Made by a program: the position numbers and the translations under genes. From Chiloscyllium plagiosum (Eukaryota), in contig NC_057726.1 in NCBI RefSeq assembly GCF_004010195.1, positions 28,240,932-28,304,931 on the forward strand: 64,000 nt of DNA. The letters are read 5' to 3'. Below the pieces are notes generated by a model. It saw only the letters and a program-made list of their open reading frames with translations, did no database searches and was not told the origin of the DNA. Position 1 is the first letter of the stretch. Each line of letters starts with the position of its first letter. Positions 26,575-39,934 of this stretch are shown here, in pieces.

Positions 26575-26612
26575 CCGGAAGCGGAAGTGAGGCCGGTCAC
26601 CAAGATGGCGGC
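26575..26612 (+). promoter_or_regulatory. COG8 CpG-island promoter core: tandem ETS/GABPA sites and a YY1 motif overlapping the ATG
   Basis: gCCGGAAGCGGAAGTga followed by CAAGATGGCGGC, typical of TATA-less housekeeping promoters. Motif match only. Confidence 0.55.
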
Positions 26613-27147
26613 GCTGGGCATCGACGTGGAGGACGAGAGTATCCTGGCGTCGATTTTCCGGGATTGTTTCCCGGAGAACTGGAGGGAGAACGCGGATTTC
26701 ACGGTGTACCTGTCCGAGCTGAGCTCGTACGGAGTGGAGAAGCTGACCCGGGAGCCCGAGAGGCTGGCGGAGGACAGGGCCCAGATCCTGCAGCAGACCC
26801 AGCAGCTGGCCTTCTCCAACTACAAAACATTCATCAAAACGGCCGAGTGCACCAAGGAGATCTACCGAGACTTCGGCCTGGTCGAGAAGCACGTCTCCGC
26901 CCTCCTGGACAAGCTGCCCGGACTCAGCGAGAAATGCAGGCAGTTCATCCGAGAGACGGAGGAGACCGGCGCCAGCAGGAGGATGAACAGCCTGACCCTG
27001 AACCGCCACACCGAGATCCTGGAGATCCTGGAGATCCCTCAGCTCATGGACACCTGTGTCAGGAACGGCTACTACGAGGAGGCTCTCGAGCTGACCGCTT
27101 ACGTGAAGAGGCTGGAGAAGAAACACTCTTCCATACCCGTCATACAG
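26605..27147 (+). CDS. COG8: COG8 (conserved oligomeric Golgi complex subunit 8) coding exon 1
   Basis: ATG in caagATGgcg context. Translates MAALGIDVEDESILASIF...LAFSNYKTFI...LNRHTEILEILEIPQLMDTCVRNGYYEEALEL...SSIPVIQ (Dor1/COG8 family). 543 nt, donor CAG|GTATCA at 27147/27148, CpG-rich. Confidence 0.96.
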
Positions 27148-29151
27148 GTATCAAAACCAGGAAGGGCTGCAGAAACTCAATACAAGAACAGAAATGGCTG
27201 GAGAAACTCAGCAGGTCAAGCAGCATTCGTGGAGAGAAAACAAGCGTTAACGTTTTGCATCCAGTAAGCTGCCCTCAGAACTGGAATACAGAGGAACCTC
27301 CATTATCTGAATGAAATGGACAGGCACTGTTTCGTTTGGATAATTGATATATTCGGTTAATTGATTCAATGCTTTTCCTCTGGGGCTCAGAGTTTTCTGT
27401 TAATTCTGCTCCCCATTCAGGAGATGAGGCAGCAGCACACTGCGTACGAGTCCCCAACCCTGTCCAACCCCAACCCCTGCGTGCCTCTCCCCCCACTCCC
27501 AGGGGCAGCTGAATTGGACACCAACAACAAGGCAGCTGCTGCTGCTGCCTTATGGGGGGGTGAGTCTCCAAATAGCACACGCACACAGCGCCCCACACAC
27601 AACAGTTAATCGAGTTTCCTCTGTAATTCAGAATAGAAATTGCTGGAGAAACTCAGCTAGTCAGGCAGCACATCCGTGAAGAGAAGTCAGAGTTAATGTT
27701 TCAACCTTGATATGACTCCTCTTCAGAACTTCAGAACTAATTCTGAACTGGACTTCTGAAAGAGAGTTTTATTTCTCTCTCCACAGTTGCTGTCAGACCT
27801 GTTGAGTTTCTCCAGAACTTTCTGATTTCATTTCCAATTTGCAGTGCCCACGGTATGTTGACTGATACACATGTCACTACCCTTTGTGAATGTCTGTCTT
27901 CAGTATTAGCTATGAGTGAGAATTGGTTTTAAAGTGTTCTGAATGTTGCATAATTCTTCACAATATGACATAAGGTCTTTTTCCCAGAGTAGGGGAGTTC
28001 AAAACTAGAGGACATAGGTTTAAAGTGAGAGGGGAACGATTTGAAAGAGACATAAGGGGTAACTTTTTCATGTGGAGGGTGGTGTGTTTATGGAATGACC
28101 TGTCAGAGGAAGTGATGTGGGCTTGTATAATTACAGCATTTAAAAGGCACCTGGATGGGTACATGAATAGGAAGGGTTTGGAGAGGTGTGGGCCAAATGC
28201 TGGCAAATGAGACTACAGGTAGTTCTTCTATAATTCGATGGTTGTGTTCTTGTGCATCTCGACATTATTAGAAAAATTGTGCTTTGTCAACACTTTAAGC
28301 ACTGTTTCTAATGTACTTGCATTACAGCCAACACACGTTTTAAACGTTCACGCTTTAAAAAGTGTCAACAATTTGTCAATCACATTGCAATGAATTCACG
28401 TTAACGAAACGCGAGCTATAGCAGAATAACCTGTAGAATAATTTAGGAAATCTGGTCAGTATGGATGAAATTGACTGAAGGGTCTCTTTCTGTGTTGTAT
28501 AACTATCATTGTCTAAGTAGACACACAAAAGCAAATATTCTACTGCAGATATTGGAAATCTGAAGCAAAAGTGGAAAATGCCAGGAAGTTATTTAAAAAT
28601 TAATAAATAAGGCGTGGGCTAGCATTTCTTGCCAGTTGGCCTTGAGAAGATTGTGGTCAGCTTGAACTGCTGCAGTCCATTTATGTAGTTATATACACAG
28701 AGATGTTAAGGAGGAACTTCTAGGATTTTGAAACAACAGCGACATAGTTGGAAAGCACTATCTAAGGAACCTTGATGAATTTCTACAGTGCATTTTGTAA
28801 GTGGCTAACACTACTGCTATTGTGTGCAGTAATGGAGGGAGTGAATGTTTTCAGGATGTGTTGCCATTGTATTTATGTAATTAGCTCAGTTTTAGTCAAT
28901 GGTAAACCCCACACACACCCTCCCCCAAATGTTAGCAACATAGGATTCAGTGATGGTAATGGCATTGAATGTCAAGAACAATGGTTGGATTGTCTGTTTG
29001 GAGTGCTTGTGTGGCAAATGTTACAAATATGAATTGCTAGTTGCCACTTGTCAGCCCAAGCCTGGATATCGTCCAGGTCTTGCTTTGTATGGGCACAGAT
29101 TGTGTCAATATCTGACAAGTTGTAAATAGTGCTGAACATTATGCATTTGGT

Positions 29152-29494
29152 CGGCACGGTGGCACAGTGGTTAGCACTGCTGCCTCACAGCGCCAGAGAC
29201 CCGGGTTCAATTCCCGCTTCAGGCAACTGTCTGTGTGGAGTTTGCATATTCTCCCCGTGTCTGCTTGGGTTTCCTTCGGGTGCTCTGGTTTCCTCCCACA
29301 GTCCAAAAATGTGCAGGTTAGGTGAATTGGCCATGCTAAGTTGCCCGTAGTGTTAGGTGAAGGGGTCAATGTAGGGGAATGGGTTTGGGTGGGTTGTTCT
29401 TCGGAGGGTCGGTGTAGACTTGTTGGGCCGAAGGGCCTGTATCCACACTGTAAGTAATCTAATCTAATCTAATCTAATCTAATCTAATCTAATC
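29152..29494 (+). mobile_element. HE1-type V-SINE with (AATCT)n tail, in COG8 intron 1
   Basis: Full head, V-domain and a microsatellite tail. Confidence 0.88.
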
Positions 29495-29544
29495 AGCAAA
29501 CATCTCCGCTTTGGAGATATCTCCGCTTTGGAGATATCTCCGCT

Positions 29545-31060
29545 ATAGAAGATAGGAAAAGGAGTAGGCTGTTTGCCCCTTGACCGTGCTTTGATATTCA
29601 ATATGTTCATGGCTGATGGGCCAATGCAATACTCTGTTCCTATACCCTTTCGGCCTAAGAACTATATTTATCTCCTTGAAAACATTCAATTTTTGAGCCT
29701 CAACCACTTGCTGTAGTAAAGAATTACATAGGCTCACCACTGTCTAGATGAAGAAATTTCTCCTCCTCTCTGACCTAAGTTGCCAGCCCTGTATCCTCAG
29801 ACCATTACCGCCTGATTCTGGATTCCCCCGTCATTCAGACCATCTTTCCTGTGTTTATCCTTTCTAGTTATGCTAGAATTTTATAGGTTTCTATGAGATT
29901 CCCCCTCATCTTCTAAACTCCAGTGAATATAGTTGTAACCGATCCCAGGTCTTTCCGTTTGTTGGTCCTTCCATCCCAGAAATTGGTCTGGTAAACTTTC
30001 ATTGCATTCCTTCCACAGCCAGAACATCCTTCCTCACTTGAGGTCAAAATTCCGTACAAGACTCCAGGTGTGGTCTCACTGAGGCCAATGTATAATTGCA
30101 GCAAGACATCCCTACTCCTGTACTCAAGACATCTTATGAAATCCAACATAACAATCTACCTTCTTTACTGCCTGCTGCACCTGCATGCTTACTTTCAGCA
30201 ACTAGTTTACAAGGTCTTTCAGGTCTCTTTGCACCTCTCACTTTTTCCAATCTGTCACCATTCAAATAATCTGTCTTTCTGGTTTTGCAATCACATTTAT
30301 CCACATCTTATTATATCTACCATGCATTTGCACACTCTCACTCAACTGAAGCATCTCTGCATCCTCCTCACAGTTCATCGTCCCACCCAGCTTTGTGTCG
30401 TCATAGGGAGAGGCTGAACAGGCTGGGGCTGTTTTCCCTGGAGTGTCAGAGGCTGAGGGGTGACCTTATAGAGGTTTACAAAATTATGAGGGGCATGGTA
30501 AGGGTAAATAGGCAAAGACTTTTCCCTGGGTCGTGCAGTCCAGAACTAGAGGGCATAGGTTTAGGGTGAGAGGGGAAAGATATAAAAGAGACCTAAGGGG
30601 CAACATTTTCACAGAGGGTGGTACGGGTATGTAATGAACTGCCAGAGGAACTGGTGGAGGCTGTTACAATTGCAACATTTAAGAGGCATTTGGATGAGTA
30701 TATGAATGGGAAGGGTTTGGAGGGATATGGGCTGGGTGCTGGCAGGTGGGACTAGATTGGGTTGGTATATCTGTTCGGCATTGACGGGTTGGACTTGAAG
30801 GGTCTGTTTCCATGCTGTACATCTCTATGACTCTATATTACATTTAGTTCCCTCATCTAAATTGTTAAAAAAGATTTTTAATAGCTGGGGTCAAAGCACT
30901 GATTCCTGTGGCATCCCACTGACTGCCACTCAGACAATGGTCCATTTATTCCTACATTGTTTCCTGTCTGTCAGCTTGTCTGGTTCTCTACCCATGCCAG
31001 TATACTGCCTTCAATCCCATGCATTTCAGTTTTAGCTACTAACCTCTTATGTGTAGCCTT
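29545..31060 (-). mobile_element. Older CR1 LINE fragment with a younger HER1-type fragment (30403-30835, +) nested inside it, in COG8 intron 1
   Basis: LEYRSRDVLLQLY on the minus strand; the insert encodes RERLNRLGLFSLECQRLRGDLIEVYKIMRG. Confidence 0.75.
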
Positions 31061-31553
31061 ATGAAGGGAGGAAGGTCAATGATGAAGTAGCTGCAATGCA
31101 GGGTAGTGCCTAGGCTACTACCCTGAGGAATTCCTGCAGAGATGTCCTGGAGCTGGGATAGATAGATGACCAGAAACATCATCTTTTGTGCTCGGTCTAA
31201 CTCCAACCAGCAGAGTTTTCCCTTAATTTACATTGACTATAATTTTGTTACGGTTCTTTGATGCCATCCTTGGTCAAATGTGGCCTTGATGTGAATATTA
31301 ATGACAAGGCCATTGTTTGTTGCTCACCCCGAATTTTCCTTATTGTAATAATAGAAATAACTGAGTTGTAGCTGTAATTTTAAGTTTGTTTTAATGCAAC
31401 AAAAACGCTATCTAAAACTTACTCTTTATTCCACTAATTTTATATGTTTTGGTTTATCTTCTCATCTTTGCTTATGGGAAATATACATTTAGTTCTTTTT
31501 AATCTAAATCTCTGAAACATTTTAATGTATTGGCTATTATTTTTCTCATGCAG

Positions 31554-32372
31554 GGAATAGTGAATGAAGTGCGTTCTTCTGCTCAGTTGATGTTAAACCA
31601 GCTTATCCAACAGCTACGAACCAATATCCAACTTCCAGCGTGTCTACGGGTCATAGGCTATTTGAGAAGAATGGATGTATTCACTGAAGCTGAATTAAGA
31701 ATAAAGTTTCTTCAAGCTCGAGATGCCTGGTTGAAATCTATGCTTGCCTCCATAATGGACAGTGATCCTTACTTTCACGTAACTAAAACAATTGAGGCTT
31801 GCCGAGTCCATCTGTTTGATATTATCACTCAATATCGTGCTATTTTCTCTGATGAAGATCCTTTATTGCTTTCCAGTAATCACACTGTGAATGAAAGTGC
31901 TATTTTCCATGGCTGGGTGGTGCAAAAGGTTTCTGAATTTTTGCAGACTCTGGAATTGGATCTTCAGAAGGGTGTAGGTGGCCGCTTGGATTCATTGCTG
32001 GGCCAATGTATGTATTTTGGGCTTTCTTTTAGTCGTGTGGGAGTAGATTTTCGAGGTCAGCTTGCTCCTATGTTTCAAAAGGTTGCTATGAATACTTTTG
32101 AGAAAGCAATTCAGGATGCTGTGGAGAAGTTTCAGGAAGACATGAATCTGTACACATTAACCTCTGCCCCTCCAATATTAGGCAGCACGATCCCTGTGTC
32201 TCTACCAACTAATCAGCCAGGCACCCTACAACCTCCAATGGTACTTCTGGACTTTCCTCCGCTGGCATGTTTTCTAAATAACAATTTGGCAGCTTTTAAT
32301 GATCTTCGCCTCTGTTGTCCCATAGCACTTGCACAGGAGGTTACCACGTGCTTGGAAGATGCACTTGTGAAG
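31554..32372 (+). CDS. COG8: COG8 coding exon 2
   Basis: Acceptor ttttctcatgcag|GGA. GIVNEVRSSAQLMLNQLIQQLRTNIQLPACLRVIGYLRRMD...LDSLLGQCMYFGLSFSRVG...LLDFPPLACFLN...DALVK. 819 nt, donor AAG|GTATTT. Confidence 0.96.
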
Positions 32373-34603
32373 GTATTTTAACTATTGTTACCACACCATA
32401 ATTAAAGTATTTTAAAAACTTTAACGAAGCAACTTTAGGAATACACACAGCTGTGTTTTCTTACAGTTTAAATTCATTAAAGTACTAAATTCTCATTTCC
32501 TTTACAGTAATATTTGTTCCGCTACAACCTTCCAACACTTAACTATTTTCCTGGGCATATTTCATAAAAGGGGGAAAAAAAGGATGAGGCCAAATTTGTA
32601 CAATTTCTGCAAAAATATAACAATAATCACATAGTTTGAATTTTAGAGAGTACTGTATTCCCATATTTAAATTAGTGTTTGTTTATATAGCAATGCTGAT
32701 GATACATGGTATTCTAAGGATGGAAATAGCATTTCCAACTTAATATTATTGCCACAAGGGCATAGTTTGAAGTTTTTGAATCCACTATGTGCTGTTCATG
32801 TCTTGCTTTTCCAAGGCATTGCTTCTAAAATTTGTTACATCCTAAAAAGCCTCATAAAGAGAGTGGAAATGGGCAAGTATATGTCAGTTGACTTGACAGC
32901 TATTGAGTAAGACTGGAGCTTATTGTTATGACAGTCTTAACAATGCACTTAGGTCATAATATGACCTGGCAGAGTCATATGGTTTCACAAAAATTGTTGA
33001 CAAATGTATTTTTAAGGATGTAACTAGCAGCAAAAAGGGGAACCAGTAGCTGTAGTATACTTGGATTTCCAAGAGACATTCGATAAGGTGCCACCCAAAA
33101 AATTATGAAAGATGATGACTAATGGAGTTGAGAGAAATACACTAATTTGCATGAAGGATCAATTCAAAGAAAGCTGAAACTAGGGAGTTTGGAATTTGAA
33201 GTAAAATTTCAAAATTTGATAATTCTAAACTTGAAATATAGTTGATGTTGAGAATGATACCAATCGACTGTACAGAATATCAGAATGAGCCGTGAAGTTG
33301 CAGATGGATTTTAGTACGTAGAAATGAGAGTTGATGCAATTTTGGCAAAAGCAATATAGCCTGGAAGAGTAGTCCTAAAAGAGTGTTGGGACAGAGAGTC
33401 CTAGGGCTTAATTTGAATAGATGTTTTGAGGGTGGTGGGAGAGCAGTCAGTAAAGAGATTTTGGACTTCAGAAATTGAAGCAATGAGAGCAAAGGCTGGA
33501 AGTTACTCTGAGCCTGTTTAAAACCATGGTTAGTCCAAAGCTGGTGTATTGCATCCACATCCAGTCACTGTGCTTCAAGAAGGCTGTGAGGATCTTTGAG
33601 AGAGGTCAGAGGACATTTTCCAAAATGATTCTAGTGAGGAAGTATTTTAGCCAAAAGGTTATGTTAGACATAGAATTTTCTTTCCTTGGAGCGAAAGAGA
33701 TTGAAGGAGAGGTGTGCAAGATTTTGACAGCTTTAGATAAGGCAGACATTGAAAGATGTTCCCATTAGCTGAAGGTGTAAAGGCTAAGGGACATTCCTTT
33801 AATCTTTTGGACAAAATATGCAGGTGGATCTCAAGGAGAACATTTTATTTCAAGTGTTGCAATCTTGGTCAAGGCTAGTGACATTTTCCCTTTGAAAAAT
33901 GAAATCTAAAATCTGTCATTTATTGAAAAAAATGAAACCACAAGATTTCACTTAGAAAACAGAAGAATATTTACTATACGTAACTCAAACAAAACCAAGA
34001 CAAAATCCTGTCTTTGGTACCCCTGTATACTCCCAAACTCAGAATCGCTAAAGTTACAAAATGAATCAACAGGCAGAATACAGTTGATTGGTGTCCTTCC
34101 AATCAGGTTCAGTCTCGGAAGTTTTTGTTTCCAATTGTAGTTTATTTTTGTTGCCTGAGAAACTGAGTCAGTTCCTTTTCTGTATATGGTTTCTTTTTCA
34201 ATTTTCTTTTTCAGTTGGGAGTTCATTTCAAGATAAGTTACAAACTTTGACCACAGATTTCATCACAGTTGGGAGTGAGCTACGAGTTGCTCCCTATGAA
34301 AATGGTGGAGGCTGAGCCAATGACTGATTTAGATTTATGGGTAGTAATGGGAATAAATTTACCACTCGTAAGGAAATGGAACTAACTGCAGTGCTCTACA
34401 GAGCTCGCAAGAAATTGATAGACTGAAAGACCTCCTTCTGTCCCATAATAATTCTATGATCATTGGGGTTTTGTTGTTCAGTAGTTCTACTTGATAAATG
34501 AAGAATGATAATAGTGGCAACTCTGTCTTTCTTTATAGAAATGTTAAATGTTGAGCAAATTTTCAGAAAATGTATGATTTTCTAATTCAGATTTTCTTTG
34601 TAG

Positions 34604-34772
34604 GTTACAAAGTTAATTCTCATTTTTCATCGAGCAGAGGAAACTGCCTTCAGTGTGAAAGAACGGGAGCTGTTTCTCCAGTTCTGCATTACATTTACTG
34701 AAGATTTAGTGCCTTACCTGAATCGATGCTTGCAGGTTCTTTTTCCACCTGCACAAGTAGCGCAGATTCTAG
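34604..34772 (+). CDS. COG8: COG8 coding exon 3
   Basis: Acceptor ttttctttgtag|GTT. VTKLILIFHRAEETAFSVKERELFLQFCITFTEDLVPYLNRCLQVLFPPAQVAQIL+G. 169 nt, donor TAG|GTATGT. Confidence 0.94.
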
Positions 34773-34898
34773 GTATGTACTCAGCTACCAGTTACTTAGA
34801 AAATAATGTATTATTTTCTATTGGATGTTGAATAAACTTGATTGAACCACAGCTATATCTTTTGACTTAAAAATGTATGGCTTTTTTATGTTTCACAG

Positions 34899-35200
34899 GC
34901 ATTCCTCCTACTCAGCTTCATAAATATGGTTCCATTGGGTGCATTAACACAAGTGTTATTCTAGAAATGCTTGATTTTCTGCTACCAAGAAAGGAAATTA
35001 TAATTCCACCAAATAATTCCATCCAACTCTTGCCAGTGGAACATACCATAGACAGCTCTGGATTAGATATACTAAGTGAACAGTATCCACCAGCATCACC
35101 TTCATGTGTGCCAAATGTAACAATGGAGGAAATGAAACCATATCCCCTGTATGTGGATAGCCAGGCAACGGAAGATGACTCACTTCAAGCTGAACTGTAA
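34899..35200 (+). CDS. COG8: COG8 coding exon 4 (terminal)
   Basis: Acceptor tgtttcacag|GC after a 126-nt intron. GIPPTQLHKYGSIGCIN...EDDSLQAEL then TAA. Exon lengths sum to 1833 nt = 610 aa plus stop with consistent phases. Confidence 0.9.
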
Positions 35201-35741
35201 CATGTTTATAATTTAGCAAAGGCAGTTGTGTGTACATGGGATTCACATTATTTCCAAAAGTGGACTGAATTGCATAAATGCTTGATTTTCCCTATTAATA
35301 TTGAAAATGTAAATTATTTGGATTTAGTTGAATCTAAAATGTGGAACATATTGTAATTGAAAAAGACTTGACATAGTCAGCCAAGGTGAGATAAATGCTA
35401 CTGTTTGTTAGCACAGTTTGTTTATTTAAACTTGTTAATATTTCATGTTTTATTAACTGTTAATATAGTTTTCCCAAATATCTAATGTTTTGAAACGTCA
35501 AGAATTTTTAGTAGCTAGTATGAAAGAGAATTGAGGAAAGAACAAATGGTTGTTTCTTAACAATGATAGTTTTCAATACTGACACATTCTTGTTCTGTTT
35601 TATTTTGTTAAATTGTTGGCAAATCCATGTTAATATTTAATGCTGAGGCAACTACTTAAGGACTGAATTAGCGGCAAATACGTTTTGTTACAATACCCGA
35701 TTATTCCAAGTTTTACTTCAGGAATTAGAAAATCACTTTGC

Positions 35742-35747
35742 AATAAA
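35742..35747 (+). terminator. Candidate COG8 polyadenylation signal
   Basis: AATAAA about 540 nt downstream of the stop in AT-rich UTR-like sequence. Use of this site is unverified. Confidence 0.35.
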
Positions 35748-38601
35748 TTGACCTGACTTTATTTAATATCTTCTAAATATGGGATCATCATAAATCCTGC
35801 CTGTTTAAGGGACTTGGTGTTGAATCTTTTCATGGTAACATTTGAAAGGTAATATGTTTAAAGACTTTAATCACACTACTTACTTGGAAAGCTACTTTGA
35901 AATAGTTCTGTAAACCTAAAAGAGTTGTGGTGTTTGTGAAATCGGTGTGCTGGTTTTGTAAATAACCATTGTGAAACTTGCTAAATTGTATTAATCATTG
36001 TATACATTCTTTGTGAACTGTAAATAACAAATCTAAGGTGGAAAGTGTTGTAAAATTATTCCTGGGCTTCTAGATTTTTCTCATAAGGTGCCAATGGGTA
36101 AGATTAAATAATGTTTTAGGTCCTGTCCTCATGATTGGGAAAACCAGGTTAATTTACAAATAGCTAATGTTATTAATACTTGTTAATTGTTACTTGTCAA
36201 AAATCACTTCAAAGGTTAAATATTTTTGTACCATGTTAAAGGCTCAATAAATTTTGAACACCCAGTTGCACATAAGATTGCAACAGAGTTATCGCCCACG
36301 TCTCTGAGCCAGATGGTTCAGGTTTTGGCCCTGGTTCAAGACAAAGGAAACCCTAATGGCTGGGAAAGTTACATTCAGAATATGAACCACAGGTGGAGTA
36401 TAAATTTATACATCCTTCCAATATTTGCCAGAGATTCCTGGTTAAACATGTGATGAACAAAAAATTGGAATTTACTACCATAGCTCCAGGACTTTTCGAC
36501 TTAGAGGTTTAGCTACACAATTCTTTGAAGTTTGTATCACACACACGGTGGTTAAGAAGGTGTTTAGCATGCTTGCCTTCATTGCTCAGGTATCTTTTCC
36601 CTGGGTGGGGGGGGGGGGGAATTTCAACACTGGGGGATATTAAGGTGAAAGGAGAAAGATTTTAAAAAAGACCTGGAGCAATTTTTTTGAGTGGTTCAGG
36701 TGTGGAATGATCTTCCAGAGAAAATTGTGGATACAGGTACAGCTACAATATTTAAAAAACACTTATTCATGTACTTTTCTAAGAAATGTTTGGAGGGATA
36801 TGGGCCAAGTGCAGACATGTGGGACTAGTTTAGTTTGAGATTATGGTCAGCACGGACTGATTAGACTGAATAATTTGTTTTTGTGCTGTATGACTATAGT
36901 ATACTTATAAAAGTATGGTGCTGTAGCAACTGATTCCTTGGCGTTGGTTGCCTGGATGGAAGGTCAGTGTGCCAAACAGAGACACGCACAAGAATTCTTA
37001 GAAGCATGGCATTCTAACCGAAACTATCAACAAATGCATTGACTTGGATCCCATTTAGATTAGATTAGATTAGATTACAGTCTGGAAACAGGCCCTTCGG
37101 CCCTACAAGTCCACACCGACCCGCCGAAGCGAAACCCACTCATACCCCTACATTTACCCCTTACCTACAGGAAATGACATCACCAACCCAAGGAAACCCA
37201 AACATATAAATAAAAGCAGGAAATACCAGCAGTGCTTTGTCTGGAGACTCACTGAAGATGTTACCTAATATGGTGACAAAATATCTGAAAATGAACCTTT
37301 CAGCTGAGCAAGCAAACCTACATCCAGATTTTTAACATATGAAAGGAGTTGAGGTACTTAATTTTGAAAACTAGTTTGTACATTCAAAGGTACACTAATA
37401 ATTTTTGCCATCCCATGAAAAGTGACCCACAAATTGTAAGTGGGTTTGGTATAAATTAACATGCTGTATTTACCACCATCATAGCAATACTACTTTAACT
37501 TGGAATTGTGGTAATGTTACTACACTAGAAATCCATTGCTTTATGGTCATAGGTTCAAATATCACCCTAGTAAATGGAGGCATTAGAATTCAATAAAAAT
37601 AGGGACCATAAAACTTATTCTAGTAATGGGAACTATGAAACCACCAATTGTTGTAAAAGGCATCAGGCTCACTAAGTTCTTTATCCGAGGGAACTGGCAT
37701 CTTTACTAGAATTGACTCACACCCACTGCAATGTTGGTTGACTTTTAACTGTCCTCTGATGTAGCCTAGCAAACCACCCAGTTCAAGGAAGATTAGGGAT
37801 GGACTACATATGCTGGTTTTGAGGCATGCTGCAGTACATGAGATTGCTGTTTTCTGATATTACATTAAAGTGCATACTGAATTTTTGCAGCATTATGCAC
37901 AAAAATATTTGCTAATTAAAGCAGACATTAAAACAAACTCAGGCACATTATTTGTGCTTCCAAAAAGAATTAAATAAATTTAATTCAACATATTTCATAA
38001 ATGACTGTTGTGGCAATTATATTGTTAAGCATTATTTTCAAATACTTTTGCGAGAATTTTAATAATCAGAAAGAAGAGATCAACTTTGGAAATTACCAAA
38101 CAAATAAGCTTGTTTGGTGCTATGAATGCAGAATGAGATATATATAAAAGGGGAAACTTATAAAAACGAAGTTTGATGAAACAAAGCAAGGGAAAAAAAG
38201 TGAACTTAGTAAATTTGTTTATATTGAAGTTGCGTACACAGTAGATTTTAACCAAAGACAATCTGGCCTTAAAGCATTCCAGAGGAATATTTTTATACTA
38301 AATGAGGCAAGAGGCACATGTAGTTAAAAGGTATACAGTGTGAACTGGTAAACCATCTCCGTCTAGCAATATTAATATAAATATACTTTTGAAAGTAAAC
38401 ATTATACTTATGTAGGGTTACTGGTTCCAGAAAGTGTTTACAAGTGTTATATCCCTTCAGTGAGTACTGTTGATTTAAAAAAGTTCAACAATGAAAATCC
38501 TTTAACAACTTTTGTTGAATTTGCATTATACAAATAGTTTTATGATACAGTAACTGAAAACCCCATTATGCTCTAATTTTTCAGTAACTTAATTGGAATG
38601 A

Positions 38602-38871
38602 TTATTTCTTCTTAACAAACTTTTTTGAGACAGCATTTGGATTGATCCTCCTCCTCCCAGCTCCAATTCTGTTGTCGCGAATGTTTAAGTTAGCAGCTCT
38701 GCTGTAAATATCATTCTCCACAAAGGGAGAAATCCCAGCAATGTAATCTGGGTCAAAGACATTTGTCTTCTGTCTAGCCTTTTTGGATAGTCGTTGCTGA
38801 GGAAAGCTTTGATCTTCAGTCAAATGTGGATTATTGCCATGTTTCCCACCATGTGGTAATGGGAGAGAATA
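38602..38871 (-). CDS. NOB1: NOB1 exon 9 (terminal)
   Basis: cttatag|TAT. YSLPLPHGGKHGNNPHLTEDQSFPQQRLSKKARQKTNVFDPDYIAGISPFVENDIYSRAA...KKFVKKK then TAA. Total 1314 nt = 437 aa plus stop. Confidence 0.95.
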   Translation of the reverse strand, partial: YSLPLPHGGKHGNNPHLTEDQSFPQQRLSKKARQKTNVFDPDYIAGISPFVENDIYSRAANLNIRDNRIGAGRRRINPNAVSKKFVKKK

Positions 38872-39201
38872 CTATAAGACAAAAAAGAATTAACAGGATA
38901 TTTATGACATAAATGCATCTTACCAGACAAGATATTTGCAATTTAAAGAGGATCACATGAGATGAATAAGAATAGTTTTTTCCAGTGCAATTTCAGTAAT
39001 GATTTCACTAACATCTATGTTTCACTTTCAATTATATAAACTGCACCACCAACAAACAATCTTTGTAAGAGCATAAAGGGATGGAACAGAAGAAGTTTGT
39101 TACCATCACAAATTTGTGTCACATTCAATAATATAAATGTCAAGAAGCGACTAATTGGGTGTTTTGATGGTGGGTTTTTTAAAAAAAAAAGAGCAACCTA
39201 C

Positions 39202-39346
39202 CCTCAATCCTCGTGCATTCAACACTTTTGGGTTTTTTGAGAAATGCATGTGAATACTGCCATCTTCGCTTACAGTCACTGCAACCTTTTTCAGTGTCTT
39301 GTTACCACAGCTTGGGCAGAACATCTTGTTCATATTGGTTGTGGTC
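39202..39346 (-). CDS. NOB1: NOB1 exon 8
   Basis: ggccag|G. TTTNMNKMFCPSCGNKTLKKVAVTVSEDGSIHMHFSKNPKVLNARGLR contains the second CxxC. Donor AGG|GTAGGT, 145 nt. Confidence 0.95.
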
Positions 39347-39934
39347 CTGGCCAACCAGAGAAAAACATTTACACAATACTGGTTTCCAACAATCTTCATT
39401 GTGCTTTCTGATTTTGGGAGCATTTCAGCATCAGTCCACACCCCAAATTTCCGTCCACAAACCATTGATTTGGAAACACATAGAAGCGTCTCATATGATA
39501 ATAAAATAACATTCCTTAATTAATGTGAGATTCAAACTAAAGAACAACACTGATCCAGCGAGGATACATAGCAGGTACTTTCACTATCTTTACTCAGCAA
39601 CTACATGACATTGACTGTAGAGAGTGTCAGAGATTCAGAGAAAAAAACCTTTGACACACTTAAAAATCCATTAAACTACTGCAATTAATAATGGATTTGG
39701 GTTAAATTTAGTCGAAGATTGATTGGTACTTGGCATAGGAGATTTTCATTTGGAACACTATGTTGGAAGTGGGGTTGAGGGTTTATTCTATGCTTCTGGC
39801 TTGTGGAAGCTGTTCCATTTACCAAATGTCCTCAATTTTCCACATATCCTCTCAAAATGTTCAATTTCTTTATTAGTATGTATTACTTCAGCCGTTTCAC
39901 CATCTCCTGATTTCCAATTAAGCACTCATCTATA

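Noticed and set aside
26518-26604. In-frame N-terminal extension of COG8 (TTG 26518 or ATG 26554)
   Set aside because: It overlaps promoter motifs and has a weak start context; homology begins at ATG 26605.
26338-27126. 262-aa antisense ORF, plus the alternative-frame ORF 26664-27314
   Set aside because: Shadow ORFs produced by the GC3-rich COG8 exon; no recognisable domain.
29152-29225. tRNA genes (also about 8660-8728 and 25405-25470)
   Set aside because: The A/B boxes are SINE heads that continue into the V-domain and LINE-like tail.
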